DNA from: Prorocentrum cordatum
Lineage: Eukaryota
DNA length: 54,943 nucleotides
Assembly: GCA_963575745.1 (NCBI GenBank)
Contig: CAUYUJ010000197.1
Location: 62,001 to 116,943 of the forward strand
Direction: 5' to 3'
The number at the start of each line of letters is the position of its first letter. The first letter of the stretch is position 1. The notes beneath the pieces are model-generated. The model did not search any database. It was not told where the DNA came from and saw nothing but the letters and a program-made list of their open reading frames with translations. Of the stretch, positions 1 through 12,766 are shown piece by piece. The translations under genes were made by a program, and so were the position numbers.

Positions 1-1426
1 GCGGGTACCGAGGGCTTGGGATATACATGCCGCTTGTCACGCGAGTAGATGAGAGCGAACAGTCTTAAAGTGATTCAACGTTCATTCCTGAAGACTAATG
101 ATTGTTGATCCTCCCGTCTGCTGCGCATTGTGTTTGTTAATTGAAGGACCTCTCCCAGGGCTCGCACCCTGTTTCTCTTTATGGGGAGACGTCTTGAGTC
201 TCCAGAGTGTGTCGTTGGCCCCCTAGGCGCGCGACACGCGCGCGTGGTTCTAGTATAGATGTATATATAAATACAGATACACGCATGTGTATATACATAT
301 ACGTTATAGCTAAGGAGCGCGATAGAGATAGAGAGAGCAAGGGAGAGCAAAAGAGATAGAGAGAGAGAGAGAGGAAGAGGGAGAGAAGACGATGCTGGAG
401 TTACGCTGGAGACCAGAGTCGTGCAAGTCAGAGCCAGGCTGGATAAGGTGAAGAACAAGCTCGGGCGTGGCCATGACGACCGACTGCTTTCGCGCGGTCA
501 TGATGACCGACACGACCGGCAGCTTTCGCCAGGGTCAGGGGAGGAGGAAGCTAGGGGAGCGAATGGTGTCGGTGGTTCTTTTTGCATCGAACGGCGTCCG
601 TCCTCTGTCCCGGGAGGCGGATAGGGGGCACTTGCCCTATCGCCTGCTTTACCCGCCGCGCCGCCCCGACTCAGCTCCATCGTCCCCGCCCTCTTCCACG
701 TTCCAGCCCAAAGGTAGCCGAGCGCTTGTCCGGAGGGCCGCGCGAGAAAGCGCCGCAGGAGGAAGACCTTTCGGGCAGGCCTACCCCTGAGACATCTCTC
801 TATCAGAGCGTTCCCTGCGGGCGCTTTCGGGAGAGGGGGGCGAAAACACCGGCAGGAGCGCAGGATGGCGTGGACAAGCCCAACTGGGCCCCCCTTGGGC
901 TCCGAAGTTGCGCGAAAGGAAAGGTACACCTTTTCTCCTCCGCTTCCTCCTCCTCCTCCTCCTCCCGGTTTTAGTTCCCACCCCGCTCGGCGGCACCCGT
1001 TCTTTTCGGCAGCCTTTCGACAGACCCCTCACTTCGAGTTGCTCTCTCCTAGCTCCCCAGAGCGCTCTGGAAAGGCCGCGGCGCACGATGCTTCCTCTGG
1101 CCTGGCTGACTCTCAGAGGATCCAACTTTTGCCCCTGGCCGATTTCATGACCATCACGATTGCGCCCCAGGAGCCCACGAGAAAGCGCCACAAGAGGGGT
1201 GCTCTCCTCCTCCCAGTCAGCAGAAGGCCGCCGCTTCCCGCTGCCGACTCCGCCTTCCATGGTTTCTGTGCCCTCTGTCTCAAGACTTGTGGGTTGGGGT
1301 GGATGAAAAGGAGGAAAGGCATAGCGATGAGACTTAGGATGAGATCGAGCAGCAGCAGGCGGATGGGCAGAGCGAGGAGGACGAACATCACACGACGGAG
1401 GAGAAGGAAGAGGAGGAGGAGGAGGA

Positions 1427-2232
1427 CCAGTGTAAACCCAAGGCTCGTCAATGATGTTGGGGGACACCCTCCCTCCAAGCTCCTTCTCCATAGGCCCCGT
1501 ACAAGAGTTTGCTTTCACTGAAGGAAGTGCCCCGTTGGGAGACAACCGTTTGAACAATATTTCAGCAGGGCTGCAACGCTACGAGTCAACTTTCCTGATG
1601 CGTCTTGACGGCCCTGGATCGTGCCAGAACACCATTCCTGGGACTTCAACACCGTGAATCAACGTAACTGTTGCGCCCTGACATCCCTGAATCGCTCGAG
1701 AACGCCATTCCTAGAAGCTCACCGTGAGAATTAGTGCAATTCTTGCAATTTCTTTACGAATGTGCGCGGCGCTGAGGCGAGAGGCACATCTTGACAAGGA
1801 GCTGCCTACAATCCGTGAGACTCTTGCAATATGTGTGGAAATGACTGTTGGTGGCTCTAAGGCCAGAACCACAGTTTGAAAAGGAACCGCCCTCAGTCTG
1901 TGAAGCTCTAGTCGATGTTTACAACGAATGTGCGCCCGCTCTCACTCGTGATGCTCTTGCAAAGTTATAGACGACTGCGCCTGGCGCTAAGGCGGGAGTC
2001 ACATGTTGGAAGCGGCCCGCCCTCAATCCGCGAAACTCGTGCACATGTTTAAACAAATGTGCGCGGCGCCACGGAGAGAGCCACATTTTGGAAGCGACCC
2101 GCCGTCCATCTGTGAAACTGTTGCCAGCTTCTAAGCTCCAGGCTCATAAATGGTGAGAAAGTCTCAGGCGAAACGCCCGGCCCGCCCTTCCGACTGGCTC
2201 CAGGGTGGGACAGGGAGGAGTTAACTACGAAT
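1427..2232. mobile_element. Dispersed non-coding element family A, copy 1 (internal ~65-bp minisatellite)
   Basis: Colinear with 8040-8744 and 38725-39504. Ends are CCAGTGTAAACCC and GACAGGGA..GAAT; the internal unit is GAATGTGCGCGGCGCTAAGGCGAGAGCCACATTTTG...CCGCCCTCAATCCGTGAAACTC. Flanked by (GAG)n. Confidence 0.85.
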
Positions 2233-3144
2233 GGGGGAGGAGGAGGAGGACGGGGAGGAGGAGGAGGAGGTGGAGGCGGAGGAGGAGGAGGAGGAGGAGG
2301 AGGAGGAGGAGGAGGAGGAGGAGGAGTGGGCGGAGGGTGAAGAGAAGCAGGGGCTAGGGGAGGCAGCGTGGACCCCCTCAGGTCTCGACTCCTTCCCTGG
2401 AGCCGGCTTCTCATCCCGAGTCGTTTTTTGACGGCCCCCCAGGGCGCAGCAAGGGCGCCAATAGTTTGAAGAGTGTCAAGCAACGTTTCCGTCGGAGTGT
2501 TTCCTAGACGCGCGTGGGTCCCTGATCCTCGATCCTCGAAGCTGGACTCTCGCTCCTCCTCCCCCTCTTTCGCGTCCTCCTCCCTCGAACCTCACTTTTT
2601 CACCGATCCTTGTTTCTAGATCCTCCGAACTAGTCCTCTCCCTCTCCCTCATCCCCTCTCGAACGTCGAACATCGATCTTCCTCGATTCAGGACTCCTGG
2701 AAGAGTGCACAACCAAGTAATGAGCTCCGGGATTGCATGAATGCTTCGGCAATAACGCTTCATATCAGCATGGCGACCCCGCCGAGAGCCAGTCTCGGGC
2801 GAGTCCCGACTGTCAGATCCACGCCCTCATCAGGAGGATCAGGAGGAGGACATGAGGGGAGAGAAGAAGGATGAGAGGAAGGAGGAGTGGGAGGATGAGG
2901 AGGGGGAGGGGAAAGAGGGCGGGGAGGAGGAGGGGGGGATGCGGAGTGGTGGGTGGCGGTGTGACGAGGATGGGATGACGGGGAGGAGGAGCGAGGACCG
3001 ACACTCCCGCCTCGATCCTCGAGCATCGAGCCCCCGCGATCCTGGAACCTTGAGGGTGAGAGCACCCCCTGTGAGCGGCAGAGGGAGGCACCCAGATGGC
3101 ACGCGGTGCGAGAGGAAGTCCCGGGAAGGCCACCCTCGATCCTA

Positions 3145-3306
3145 CAGTGCCGTTTTTAATTCATGCTCCGCGTGCGGATCATGTATCAAAAATGCAGGGG
3201 CTTAGTACTTTAATCAACGATGAGTTCATACACAATTTTATGCATAAGTTGATCATGTGTTAAAATCATATATGTTTAAACATCCTATGCATTAGAAGCT
3301 GCCCTG
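3145..3306. mobile_element. AT-rich MITE with TA target-site duplication
   Basis: TA|CAGTGCCGTTTTTAATTCAT ... ATGCATTAGAAGCTGCCCTG|TA; imperfect 20-bp TIR. Confidence 0.65.
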
Positions 3307-3547
3307 TAGACCCTCTTCGATCATCGTGGCAAAACTCGGGAAAGCAAGCAACACCTTCGAGACCCGGACTCGCCACGAGGGACCGGCGCGCGGCTGGCGC
3401 GCGAGGTCCACGGCGGGGTCGCCCGGCTCCAGGCCCCTGCTCGTGCACGGCAAGAGCGGCATCATCCAGACCGAGGAGCCGGCGGGTTCCGCTTCCCAGG
3501 GTGGGCTTGGGGAGGGGGAGGGGAGGGGTGAGGATCCTAGGCCGCCC

Positions 3548-3776
3548 AGATGGGGTCGGAGTAGAGGGGGTCAGACGATCGCGCCGCATCGCCGATGCAT
3601 CGTCGATGCGGCGATGCGGCTCGAAGTGGGGCCCACTTTTCACCACGCCGACGTCGCCGATGCACCGCCGACGTCGAAAGTGCATCGTCGAGGCATCGCC
3701 GATGCATCGGCGAGGCATCGCCGATGTATCGTCGATGCGGCGAGATCCTCCAACCCCATCTACTCGGACCCCATCT
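3548..3776. mobile_element. Foldback/MITE family with CCGATGCATCG-rich interior
   Basis: ~55-bp TIR AGATGGGGTCGGAGTAGA..GATCGCGCCGCATCG. Related copies at ~4190-4335, ~40157-40358 and ~45457-45587. Confidence 0.75.
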
Positions 3777-4639
3777 AGGAGGGCTCCTAGAGGAGAAAGA
3801 AGAGGGGGCGGGCGAGGGTGAGGATCGACTGCGCTGTTACAAGTGACCTTTCGCCGGATGGACTCTCGGTGCGGGCCCACTCGGGCCCCCAGATTGCGGA
3901 AGGCGCTGCGATGGCAGCGACTTGCGCGCCTGGGTTTGGCCCTCCCCAGCCCCCCCACGGCGCCCCCGTGAGGCCGCGCACCAGAGGTCACTCTTGCCTG
4001 GGGCCACTCCTTGCGTGTAGCCGGGAGGAGGAGGAGGAGGAGGAGGAGGAGGAGGAGGAGGAGGAGGAGGAGGAGGAGGAGGAGGAGGAGGAGGAGGAGA
4101 GGAGAGCAGGAGAGGAGGAGGAGGAGGAGGAGGGAGGAGCAGGAGAAAGGAGGAGGAGGAGGAGGAGGAGGAAAGCCACGAGCGGCGAGGGACCGGAGTA
4201 GAGGGTGTTGGTGGATGGCAGGGTGTAGCCTGGTTTTCTCCCCGCCGACGCCGCCGATGCACCGCCGACGGCGCCGATGCATCGCCGATGCCTCGCTGAT
4301 GCGGCGGCGATGCATCGTCGATCCCACTTGGGAGGCTTCTCAAGGATGCTGCGATCGAAGTACGTTCCTCCCTCGCCCTCGCCGTTGATTGGGGGCGGGG
4401 CTACTGCTGGCGCCACGCTAGACGTCACTTCAGAGCCGTCACCAGTGCGAGCGAAAGGAGGTGGCCGAGGGGGGAGTGGGCGGAGGGGTGCGGGGGCAGG
4501 TGGGGCGGTGGGGGCCGGAATCTCTTGCTTTTCTTTTGGTTTCTCATTCTCCCTTCTCCTCCTCCTCCTCCTCCTCCTCCTCCTCCCTTCTCCTCCTCCT
4601 CCTCCTCCTCCTCCTCCTCCCGTCCTCCTCCTTGCCCTC

Positions 4640-5272
4640 CTCCGTCTCCTTCTGTGGCGCTCGTCCCCCATTACCCCAGATCGCACCACCAGACGTGTCC
4701 GTAGACTGGCCCCGGCGTCTCGCTTGAGATTTCTGCGCAGAGCCGATCCTGAAACGAGATGCACTCCAACAGGCCAAAAGGATGCAGGGCCGGTCGTTTC
4801 GAAACTGAGGCCTTCGCCTGAGCCCCGCGCGCTTTTGCTTTGAACGCGTCTAACGCTGCAAGGATGGAGGCCGGTGCGCCTCTCGCTCGGGATGTCCTCA
4901 ATGGCCGACGGTTTCAATTGTGGAACAGGCACACGGGTAGAGGGTGGTTCCTTTTCAAAGCGTTGTTTTTGCTTTCGTCTTCCGCAGATCGTACGGCCAT
5001 GCTTTGGAAATTGTGCAGCGCTGATACGGGAGTTGGACAGATCCTTGTCAAACTCGGGTTGTCGCAGGGCGCTCCTATGAGTTGAGTTTTCCTACCTTTT
5101 TCTGCGGTGTCGGCGAGTTTTTGCGAAAAGTGTCTCCATTGAGTGGCATGCCCACCAGGCGCGCGTCATTCAAGGAGGGCGCTCCCCGATATTTGCAGGA
5201 ACGCTTGAGGCGGGGAGCTGGGACTGGGAGGGAGTACTGCAGCATCGCCGATGTTTCCTGGGCTTGCACTGG
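4640..5272. mobile_element. Diverged family A relative in the opposite orientation
   Basis: Ends TGGGCTTGCACTGG|TCC and contains reverse complements of the internal unit (AGGGTGGTTCCTTTTCAAA). A similar end lies at ~15073. Confidence 0.55.
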
Positions 5273-6477
5273 TCCGCCTCCTTCGCTTCCTCCTCTGCCG
5301 CTCCCAGCTGGGAGGGGGGGCCCCATGCATCCGTCGCAGCAGGCCCCGGGGAACGGGTCTTGACCTCCGCTTGGGGCCCCGCATCGGCAGGGAAACGGGG
5401 CACTGGACGTCTTGGCTGAGAGGGCCTCGCCCTGCGGCGCGTCCCACCTCCGGCGGAAGCCCGTCAAGCCGGCGGTGACGCACACGGCGGCGGCTCCGCC
5501 GGCGGAAGGCTGACGAAGTCCAGATGGGACCTCAACATGTTTCGGCGGCAGAAGGCTCGGAAGTCCTCCCGACCTTCTGAGGAGTTTTCTGAGCCTTCCC
5601 CGAAGGCACCGAACCTTTTCAGAAGGCGCGAGAGTTTCTCCGATTTCCCGCCGCCTTCTGAGAGGCCTTCTCCTTCTCATTTCCCCCCTTCGCTCGCCGC
5701 CAAATCTTGGCGCTAAGGATGAAGATGCTGCTCGAGATGAGGATGGGCCCCTGGGGAGAGGATCGGTTGGTCGAGGGCCGCACTGAACAGATCAGATCCT
5801 GGCAATGGAGTGAGCGGCTCTTGGCGCAGGCTGGGGGCCGCGGGCGGCGCGCCAGCGCTTACCCCCTAACGCCGCTCCCGACGGCCGTGGCTGCGGGTCC
5901 ATGCCCGGCCGCAGCGTTTACAGAGCTGCTCTACGGGGAGTGGCATCCGGAAGGTGGGCCAAAGTGGTCCACGACGCAATTCAGTCACCGTGGTCTGGCG
6001 ACGCACCGTACCGAGTTCGGGCCGTGCATACTGCGGTGGTCGCTGGGCCCTAGGACCACCCTTCTGGCAGCACACCTGGTTGCTGGTCGGCAGGCACGTG
6101 TGGGCATGATTGCTGGCCTCCGTCGGAGTCCTGGGCATGATTGCTGGCACTGGGTATGGGCATGATGGTCAATGTTGCTGTTTGGGCTCGGTGGGCCAGG
6201 TCGGGCCATTCGCGGCGAGTTTCCCGCTCGAAGTTTTAAAAGTGCTCTGTTGAGCTGGGCTGTTGGACGTCCGCGTCACGGCCCCAAAACGCTCCTGGAC
6301 GTGCATCGCTACCGCCTGTTCGCAGGCCCATTTTTCCCCAACCAGTGTTTGCACTGAAGGGTTCCTAGCGGAGGTTGAAGATTTTGGCGAAAGTTTCCCG
6401 CCGATGTTGGTCGCACGCTGGGTTCCCGGGTTCCGATTGCGGTGGGCGGCGAGGTTCCCAGGTTGCCAGGTTCCTGG

Positions 6478-6722
6478 TCGATCTTCGCATCGATCGGTCT
6501 CAGCATCGATCTCATTGCCCATCTCTCAATCGATCTTACCATCGATCTCACAATCGACCTCACAATCGACCTCGCAAGCGATCTCACTAGAGATCGCACG
6601 AGCGATCTCGCGATCGATCTCCCTATCGATCTCATTGAATCGATTTCACTCTCGGTCTCACGATCGACTTTATAATCGTTCTCTATCGATTCCACGATCG
6701 ATCTCACAATCGATCTCAAGAT
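6478..6722. repeat. ATCGATCTC-rich degenerate 12-bp minisatellite
   Basis: Repeated ATCGATCTC(A/G)C(A/G). A related (TCGATCC/TCGAGC)n texture occurs at ~2520-2690 and ~39810-39945. Confidence 0.85.
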
Positions 6723-7689
6723 CCACATGACTAATTTTCAAATCATCCACTGATTGCGGTTTCTCAGGTGTAACAAGTTGGTCAAGTGGGGTGCCCCGTT
6801 TTCACCTCCCTTCCATTCACACGCGCCACCACCCTGTCGCTTCTCGCGCGCTTCCTCACGCAGCTGGACCCTTGGGCTGCCGAGTGTCTCCCTGCTCGCG
6901 GGGTTCCGGTGACCTCTTTGTCGGGTGGGCTCACGCCCTACCACCTGAGTAGGTTTTTACCTCTTGCTGTCCGCCTAGCTTTCTTTTCAGGCACTGTCTC
7001 TTCCCAGGCGCTTGCAGCTAATTTCAAGTCTGGCGCTTGCCGCTAACTTTAAGTCACACCTGTTCTGAGCAGGCCACAACTGCGCGCTGCGTGTGTGTTA
7101 TCCTCCTCGGGGCATGCAGCAGTCAATTCGGGCACGTGTGATTTCAGACCATCAGACAGTCTATCGCACTCAATACTCTATTTTCGGAAAAAATATCGCG
7201 GCGGCCGTTCTTGTTTAAATGTCTGCAGCATTCGGAGGCCGCTTCCCGGCCACGAGACCGTCAAACAGCTACTCAGGATGAGCAGCTGGCCCTGGGGACG
7301 GGATCGAGATCCCCATGTGGGAGGACAAGTATCAGTGGAGGGCCAGTTGAGACATCGGCGGGCCTCCGCATTCTCCTCCCTCCTCCTCTTCCTGCTTGTG
7401 TATTGCCTTGGACTTCTGGTGGAGCTTCTAAATGCCTGCAGAGGGGCATCCAGAGGCTTCATATTGAAGGGAGGAAAGGGAATAGGAGGAGGTCTACCGT
7501 GAAGGAAAGGGGTCCTGAGAGAGGTGTGTCCTCAGGTTCTTCGCCGGCTTCCTCCTTTGGGGCCCTTCTCTGGCCCCAGGGCCGTCAAAGAACGGCCAGG
7601 GACGAGAGGCCAATTCCTGGGGGAAGCCCCGGGGTCATTGTCGAGGACCCCTGTTCTTCATGACCAGTCTCTCTCATGGAAAGGATGTG

Positions 7690-8038
7690 TGGGAGGATGA
7701 GGAGGAGGACGAGGAGGAGCAGGAAGAGAAGGATGAGGAGGAAACGACAGAGGAGGAGGAGCAGGAGGAGGAGGGGGAGGAGAGGGAGGAGAGGGAGGAC
7801 AGGGAGGAGAGGGAGGAGGAGGCGGAGGAGGAGGAGGAAGAGGAAGACGTGAAGGAGGAGGAGGAGGAGGTGGTGGAGGAGGAGGAGGAGCAGGAAGAGA
7901 AGGAGGAGGAGGAAAAAAAGAAGGAGGAGGAGGAGCAGGAGGAAGAGGAGGAGGAGGAGGAGGACGAGTGGGAGGAGGATGAGGAGGTGGAAGAGGAGGA
8001 GGAGGTGGAAGAGCATGAGCAGGAGCAGGAGGAGGCGG
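7690..8038. repeat. Representative (GAG/CCT)n microsatellite; dozens more occur across the window
   Basis: Similar tracts at e.g. 2235-2325, 4025-4170, 11818-11951, 13080-13520, 23836-24088, 29692-30048, 34920-35030 and 52090-52240. Confidence 0.98.
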
Positions 8039-8039
8039 A

Positions 8040-8744
8040 CCAGTGTAAACCCAAGAGTCATCAACGAGGTTGGAATCAACCCTCCCTCCAAGCGTCCTCT
8101 TCATATGCCCGTACAACGGTTCATTTCCATTGAGGGAACTGCCTCGTTGGAAGGCAACCGTTTGAAGACCCTGAAACATGCCAAAGCATTGTTCTCGGAA
8201 TTCCAACGCCACGGAACAACCTGACTGTTGCGCCTTGGCGATCCCGGGTCGTGCCAGAACGCCACCCCTGGGATTTTACCACCGCGAATCAACGTAACTG
8301 TTGCACCCTCATGATCCTGAACCCTTCCAAAGCATCCTTTTCTGTTACGCTGGTCATGGGGATCCGTGACGCTCTTGAAATGTTATGCGCGAATGTGCGC
8401 GGCGCTGAAGGGCGAGCCACATCTTGAAAGGAACCGCCCTCAGCCCGTGAAACCCATGCAACGTTGTACAACGAATGTGCGCGGCGCTAAGGCGAGAGCC
8501 ACATATTTAAAAACCATCCGCCCTCAATGCGTGAAACTCTTGCAAATGTTTCGAGCGAATGTGCGCGGCACTAAGGCGAGAGCCACATTTTGAAAGTCAC
8601 CCGCCCTCCATCTTTGAAACCGTGGCCAAAGTTTCAAGCGTCAGAGTCATAAATGGTGAGGACGTTTCAGGCGGAACGCCCAGCCCGCCCTAAAAACGTG
8701 CCTTGGGGTGCGACAGGGAGAATATGTTCATAAGGAAAAGGAAT
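8040..8744. mobile_element. Family A, copy 2
   Basis: Same termini and internal repeats as copy 1, embedded in (GAG)n. Confidence 0.85.
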
Positions 8745-9356
8745 GGAGGAGGAGGAGGAGGAGGAGGAGGAGGAGGAGGAGGAGGAGGAGGAGGAGGAGG
8801 AGGAGGAGGATCAAGGTCTTTGACAGGTTTGTTCCTTGTTGTGCCTCTGCGGGCCTCCCGGGATCTCCAGAGGCCTCCGCGGTTTCGCAGTACCTCCAGA
8901 GGCTTCCAGAGACCTCCTGAGGAGAGGGGGGGATGGTGGGAGGGAGCATGTGGAGGAATGAGGAGGGGCGTGGGGAGGATAAAAGGGAAGCCCTGGAGCA
9001 AGGACCATACGAAATCGAACCTGACTCAGTGAGATAACAAAGCCAACACACACGCACCGTCAACTGATTTTACTGGCATCGTCATGACCAGCGCTACTCA
9101 TCATCACCATCCGCATCATTGCCTGTGTCATACTCTTCGTAATCTTCCGCAGCACCTCCAGATACACATGTCAGGGTGAGGAGGCCGAACGGTCTTTCAC
9201 TGTCCCTGGGTGCGTGGCTAAAGTGGGATTCCAAGATGCGGATTATTATTGATGCTTGTTTGTTGTTTTTGTTTGTTGTTGTTGATGGTGTTGTTGTTAT
9301 GTTTGCAGTTGTTGTTGTTGCTCTTGTTTGTTGGTTGTTGTTTGGCGTCGTCCCCC

Positions 9357-9549
9357 CCGCGACCTGGCCCGCGACCCAGCCGCGACCCACCCCGCGACCC
9401 ACCCGCGACCAACCTCGCGACCCACCCGCGACCCACCCGCGATCCACCCCCGACCCACCCGCGATGCACCCGCGACCCGGCCCGCGACCCACCCGAGATA
9501 CATCCGCGACCCTCCCGCGACCCACCCGCGACCCAACCCGCGACCCACC
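9357..9549. repeat. 11-12-bp minisatellite CCCGCGACCCA; second array at ~49150-49205
   Basis: Direct tandem units, both arrays preceded by GTT-rich tracts. Confidence 0.9.
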
Positions 9550-9989
9550 CACATTGTTTTAACAAAAAATCCGCGCCTGCGGCGGGCTCGTTGTATAGCT
9601 TGAAAATCTCTGCGCCTGCATCGGGCTTCTCAGAGTCTACCAGACTGCCGACGTCCGCGGTGTGCTACGTATTTCCATATCTATACACTGCTTGGTACGT
9701 CTATGTAGACGTATATATGTATATCTGCATATTCTTATATATATACATGTGTGTAAGTATGTATACAGATCCTAACTTTACCATCGAACACGCCTGCCAC
9801 TTGTATTCATCATTTGACACTGCGGGTCCCAGTTTTCAGCGGCCAGGTTTCAGTATATCCGTAAGGGCTTCGCCCTCTGCCGCCGGCCCCCTTTCAACCA
9901 TAATGGGGCATCCCAGAGCTATGTTGTATTTTCTCGGCGCCGTCGTGAATCAATGTCGGAACCTCATGCGTGGGGGCAAATGGCATATC

Positions 9990-10335
9990 ATATTTACGAG
10001 GTTGTATAGCTCCGGGGACGCAAATATTGTGTAATGTACGAGAGTTTCTGGATTCGGATGCGCGACCATCGCGTAAGTTACGAAGGCTTATGGCCTCGGG
10101 GACGCGAACTCTCTGTAATTTACGCATGTTTATTCAACACCTTGTATACTTTACAAAGGGGATGATGGCTTCGGGGACGCGAGTACTGCTTATTTCTGCA
10201 ACGGATTATGGCTTCTATTTGATGATTTGCAAGGGTTTATGGCCTCGAGGACACGACTATGGCGTAATCTACGAGGGATTATGGCTTCGGGGGTGCGAAT
10301 ATCACATATATATACATATATATACATATACATAT

Positions 10336-10374
<39 letters not shown>

Positions 10375-10870
10375 AGTGGCACGTGTGTGCCCAGGCTCAT
10401 ACAACAAGCTGAAGGGGCGTTTGAAGCAGGAGTGACATGCAACAGCGAAGTCGCACTCGAGCGCAAGTGGGGTTGCCACACCTTGCGATGTGTGTACCAG
10501 GGCCCCCCAGGAAGCCTCAGGAGGCCCGACTTGGATACCAGAAGAGGCTCCAGGAGGCCCCAGGATTGTGAGTGTGTGTGTGTGTGTGTGATGTGTGCTT
10601 TGTGTGGTGCGTGCTTTTTGCGTGTTGTCGGTGTGTGTGTGTGTGTATGTTATGTTTGTCTAGCGTGTGATGTGTTGGGCGTGATTTGTGTCTCTGTGTG
10701 TGCATGTAGTTCTGAAGCCCCAGGAGGCCCCAGGAGGCCCCAGGCGGCCTCAGCAGGCCCAGGAGAACTCCAGGAGGCTCCGAGGCGGGGTCTGGGGTAC
10801 CAGAAGGTCCAGAAAGCCCCAGGAGGCCCCAGGAGGTTCCAGGAGGCCCCCAGGAGGCTCCGAGGAGGGG
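9990..10870. repeat. Degenerate ~42-bp tandem repeat, (TA)n, (TG)n and CAGGAGGCCC minisatellite cluster
   Basis: TATGGCYTCGGGGACGCG units at 9990-10305 and CAGGAGGCCC units at 10500-10870. Confidence 0.8.
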
Positions 10871-11145
10871 TCTGGGGCTCGATTTTGGGAGGATGTCTCA
10901 GGCGAAACCGCCATTCTCTGAGAATCGGAGTCAAAATCATTGAAATTACCATGTGTTTTTGAAGGTTGTATGATAAAATGTTGGAAATCCTATGTGTTTT
11001 TGGACCCTGACGTCACGATCTGCGTGAGGGGTGCCACCGATTTTCAGAATTTCGAGGATGTCCCGAGCGAAACGGCCAGAAAAATCGCGAACGACGGACG
11101 CATTAATCGCCTCTGAGCTCTACTCCCTCGGAGAGGTGCGTATGA

Positions 11146-11250
<105 letters not shown>

Positions 11251-11444
11251 ACGCCCCCCGCCCAGGAATTCAGACAACGCGATCTGAGCCCCAAACCAAC
11301 TTTAACAAAAAGGTTGGTTTAGGGCTCCCCCACTCGCGCGTTCAGCAACAGTTTACAGTAGGAAGCAGAAAGCAGGATTGTAACATTAATCGTGCGGATC
11401 TCCGGGGACCTCCAGGACGACGACGAAGACGACGACGAGAGGAA

Positions 11445-11516
11445 ATGTTGGCTGAGCACATCGCCGACATCCTCCCTGGCTGGTCCGGCGTTGACCGGTC
11501 CACGATCGTGGTGCAG
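11445..11516 (+). CDS. Exon A of a putative choline/ethanolamine kinase-like (APH/ChoK fold) gene: MLAEHIADILPGWSGVDRSTIVVQ
   Basis: 72 nt with GC3-rich codons, ending CAG|GC (a GC donor typical of dinoflagellates). It joins in phase 0 to exon B, giving LPGW..V....I.V.NVS.EGG.SVYKV, which resembles a choline-kinase N-terminus. The 5' boundary is uncertain (AGs at 11414-15 and 11440-41). Confidence 0.62.
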
Positions 11517-11951
11517 GCGATCCCGCGGGAGGGGAGGAGGAGGGGGGAAGAAGTGATGAACGGCAGCGGCTTGCGGCGTCGAGTCTCCCGCCGCCACGCC
11601 TGGGCGCGGCTCGAGGAGACGGCCGGCGTGGACTTCCCTAGGCCTCCCACGACCCGGCGTGGTCGAGCCTCGGAGTTCGGGACCTCTCGGCCATCTCCAC
11701 GGGACCGGGGCGTCGTCCTCAGCGGTCTTTGGCAGCCCCAGGCCGCGAGGCCGGCTTCCAGAGGCCAGCAGGTGCCGAAAGCCCTCGGACTCGACGGCTT
11801 CGAGGCTCGGCGAGTGCCTCCTCCTCCTCCTCCTCCTCCTCCTCCTCTCCTCCTCCTCCTCCTCCTCCTCCCTTCTCCTCCTCCTCCTCCTCTTCCTCCT
11901 CCCTCCTCCTCCGCCTCCTCCTCCTCCTCCTCCTCCTCCTCCTCCTCCTCC

Positions 11952-11972
11952 TAGCTGCCATCTGGGCCCAAG
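11952..11972 (+). other. Possible degenerate DinoSL relic upstream of the HSP90 fragment
   Basis: TAGCTGCCATCTGGGCCCAAG matches CCGTAGCCATTTTGGCTCAAG at 14/21 positions by my count. It lies directly after a (CCT)n tract, like the clearer SLs. Confidence 0.4.
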
Positions 11973-12049
11973 CGAGAATCAGGCAGCAACGGCACCTTCA
12001 CCTCTCACTGGTCCTGGTTCACGGCAGTCATGGCACTTCTCGGGCCGAG

Positions 12050-12766
12050 GGCGGCCTGGAGGCGATGAAGCACACGGACAGCGGGGGGAGGCAGAAGGAC
12101 ACAGAGATGAGGCATGCGATCATCTCCATGATCTGGCACTTCGGAGTCGGTTTCGACTCCGAGTACCTCGTATCGGACAAAGTGCGCGTGATCAGCAAGA
12201 ACAAAGACGAGGCGCAGTACATCTGGGAGTTCGACCTGTTCGAAACGAAGAAGCAGCGCAACGACATCAAACTGTACGTGCAACGAGTCTTAATCATGGA
12301 CGACTCCGACGAGCTGATGCCAGAGAAGCTCAACTCCGTGAAGGGGGTAGTTGACTATGAGGACCTGCCGCTAAACATTTCCAGTGAGACGCTGCAGCAG
12401 AACAAGATCCTGCACGCGAACAAGAATAACCTCGCCAAGAAGTGCCTCGCAATGTTCGCGGAGATCGGCGAGAAGAAGGATGACTACAAGAAGTTGTACG
12501 AGCAGTTCGGCAAGCGCTTCAAGCTGGGCGTGCACGAGGACGTCACCGACCGCACGAAGGTTGCGGAACTTATGCACTACCACACCTCGAACTACGGAGA
12601 CGAGATGATTAGCCTCGACGGCGCACGGCCCGATGCGACTGGCCCCGTCCAGGCATCCGTGCACCGGCGTACGGCCCGATGCGGCTGCCGAATGGCAGGC
12701 ACCCGTGCGCGTGGGCAGAATGACCTCTACTGCATCACGGGAGTGAGCATTGCCGCGGTGTCGTGA
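12050..12766 (+). pseudogene. HSP90: Rearranged cytosolic HSP90 fragment (intronless, probably retro-derived)
   Basis: [27 protein letters not shown]...QYIWE is fused directly to [61 protein letters not shown]...KLGVHED...[17 protein letters not shown]. These are HSP90 signature motifs with degraded invariant residues (GQFGVGFYS to [23 protein letters not shown] to [14 protein letters not shown]). Both termini are missing. Confidence 0.93.

Noticed and set aside
5860..7140. LTR-retrotransposon gag with a zinc knuckle on the minus strand (TCYT.., CKRCG)
   Set aside because: Motifs are incomplete and broken by stops; no protease, integrase or LTR recognised.
12050..12766. Functional HSP90 gene or exon (GTGAGT at 12763 could be a donor)
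   Set aside because: Invariant motifs are mutated, there is a large internal deletion with foreign insertions, and no other HSP90 exons are in the window.
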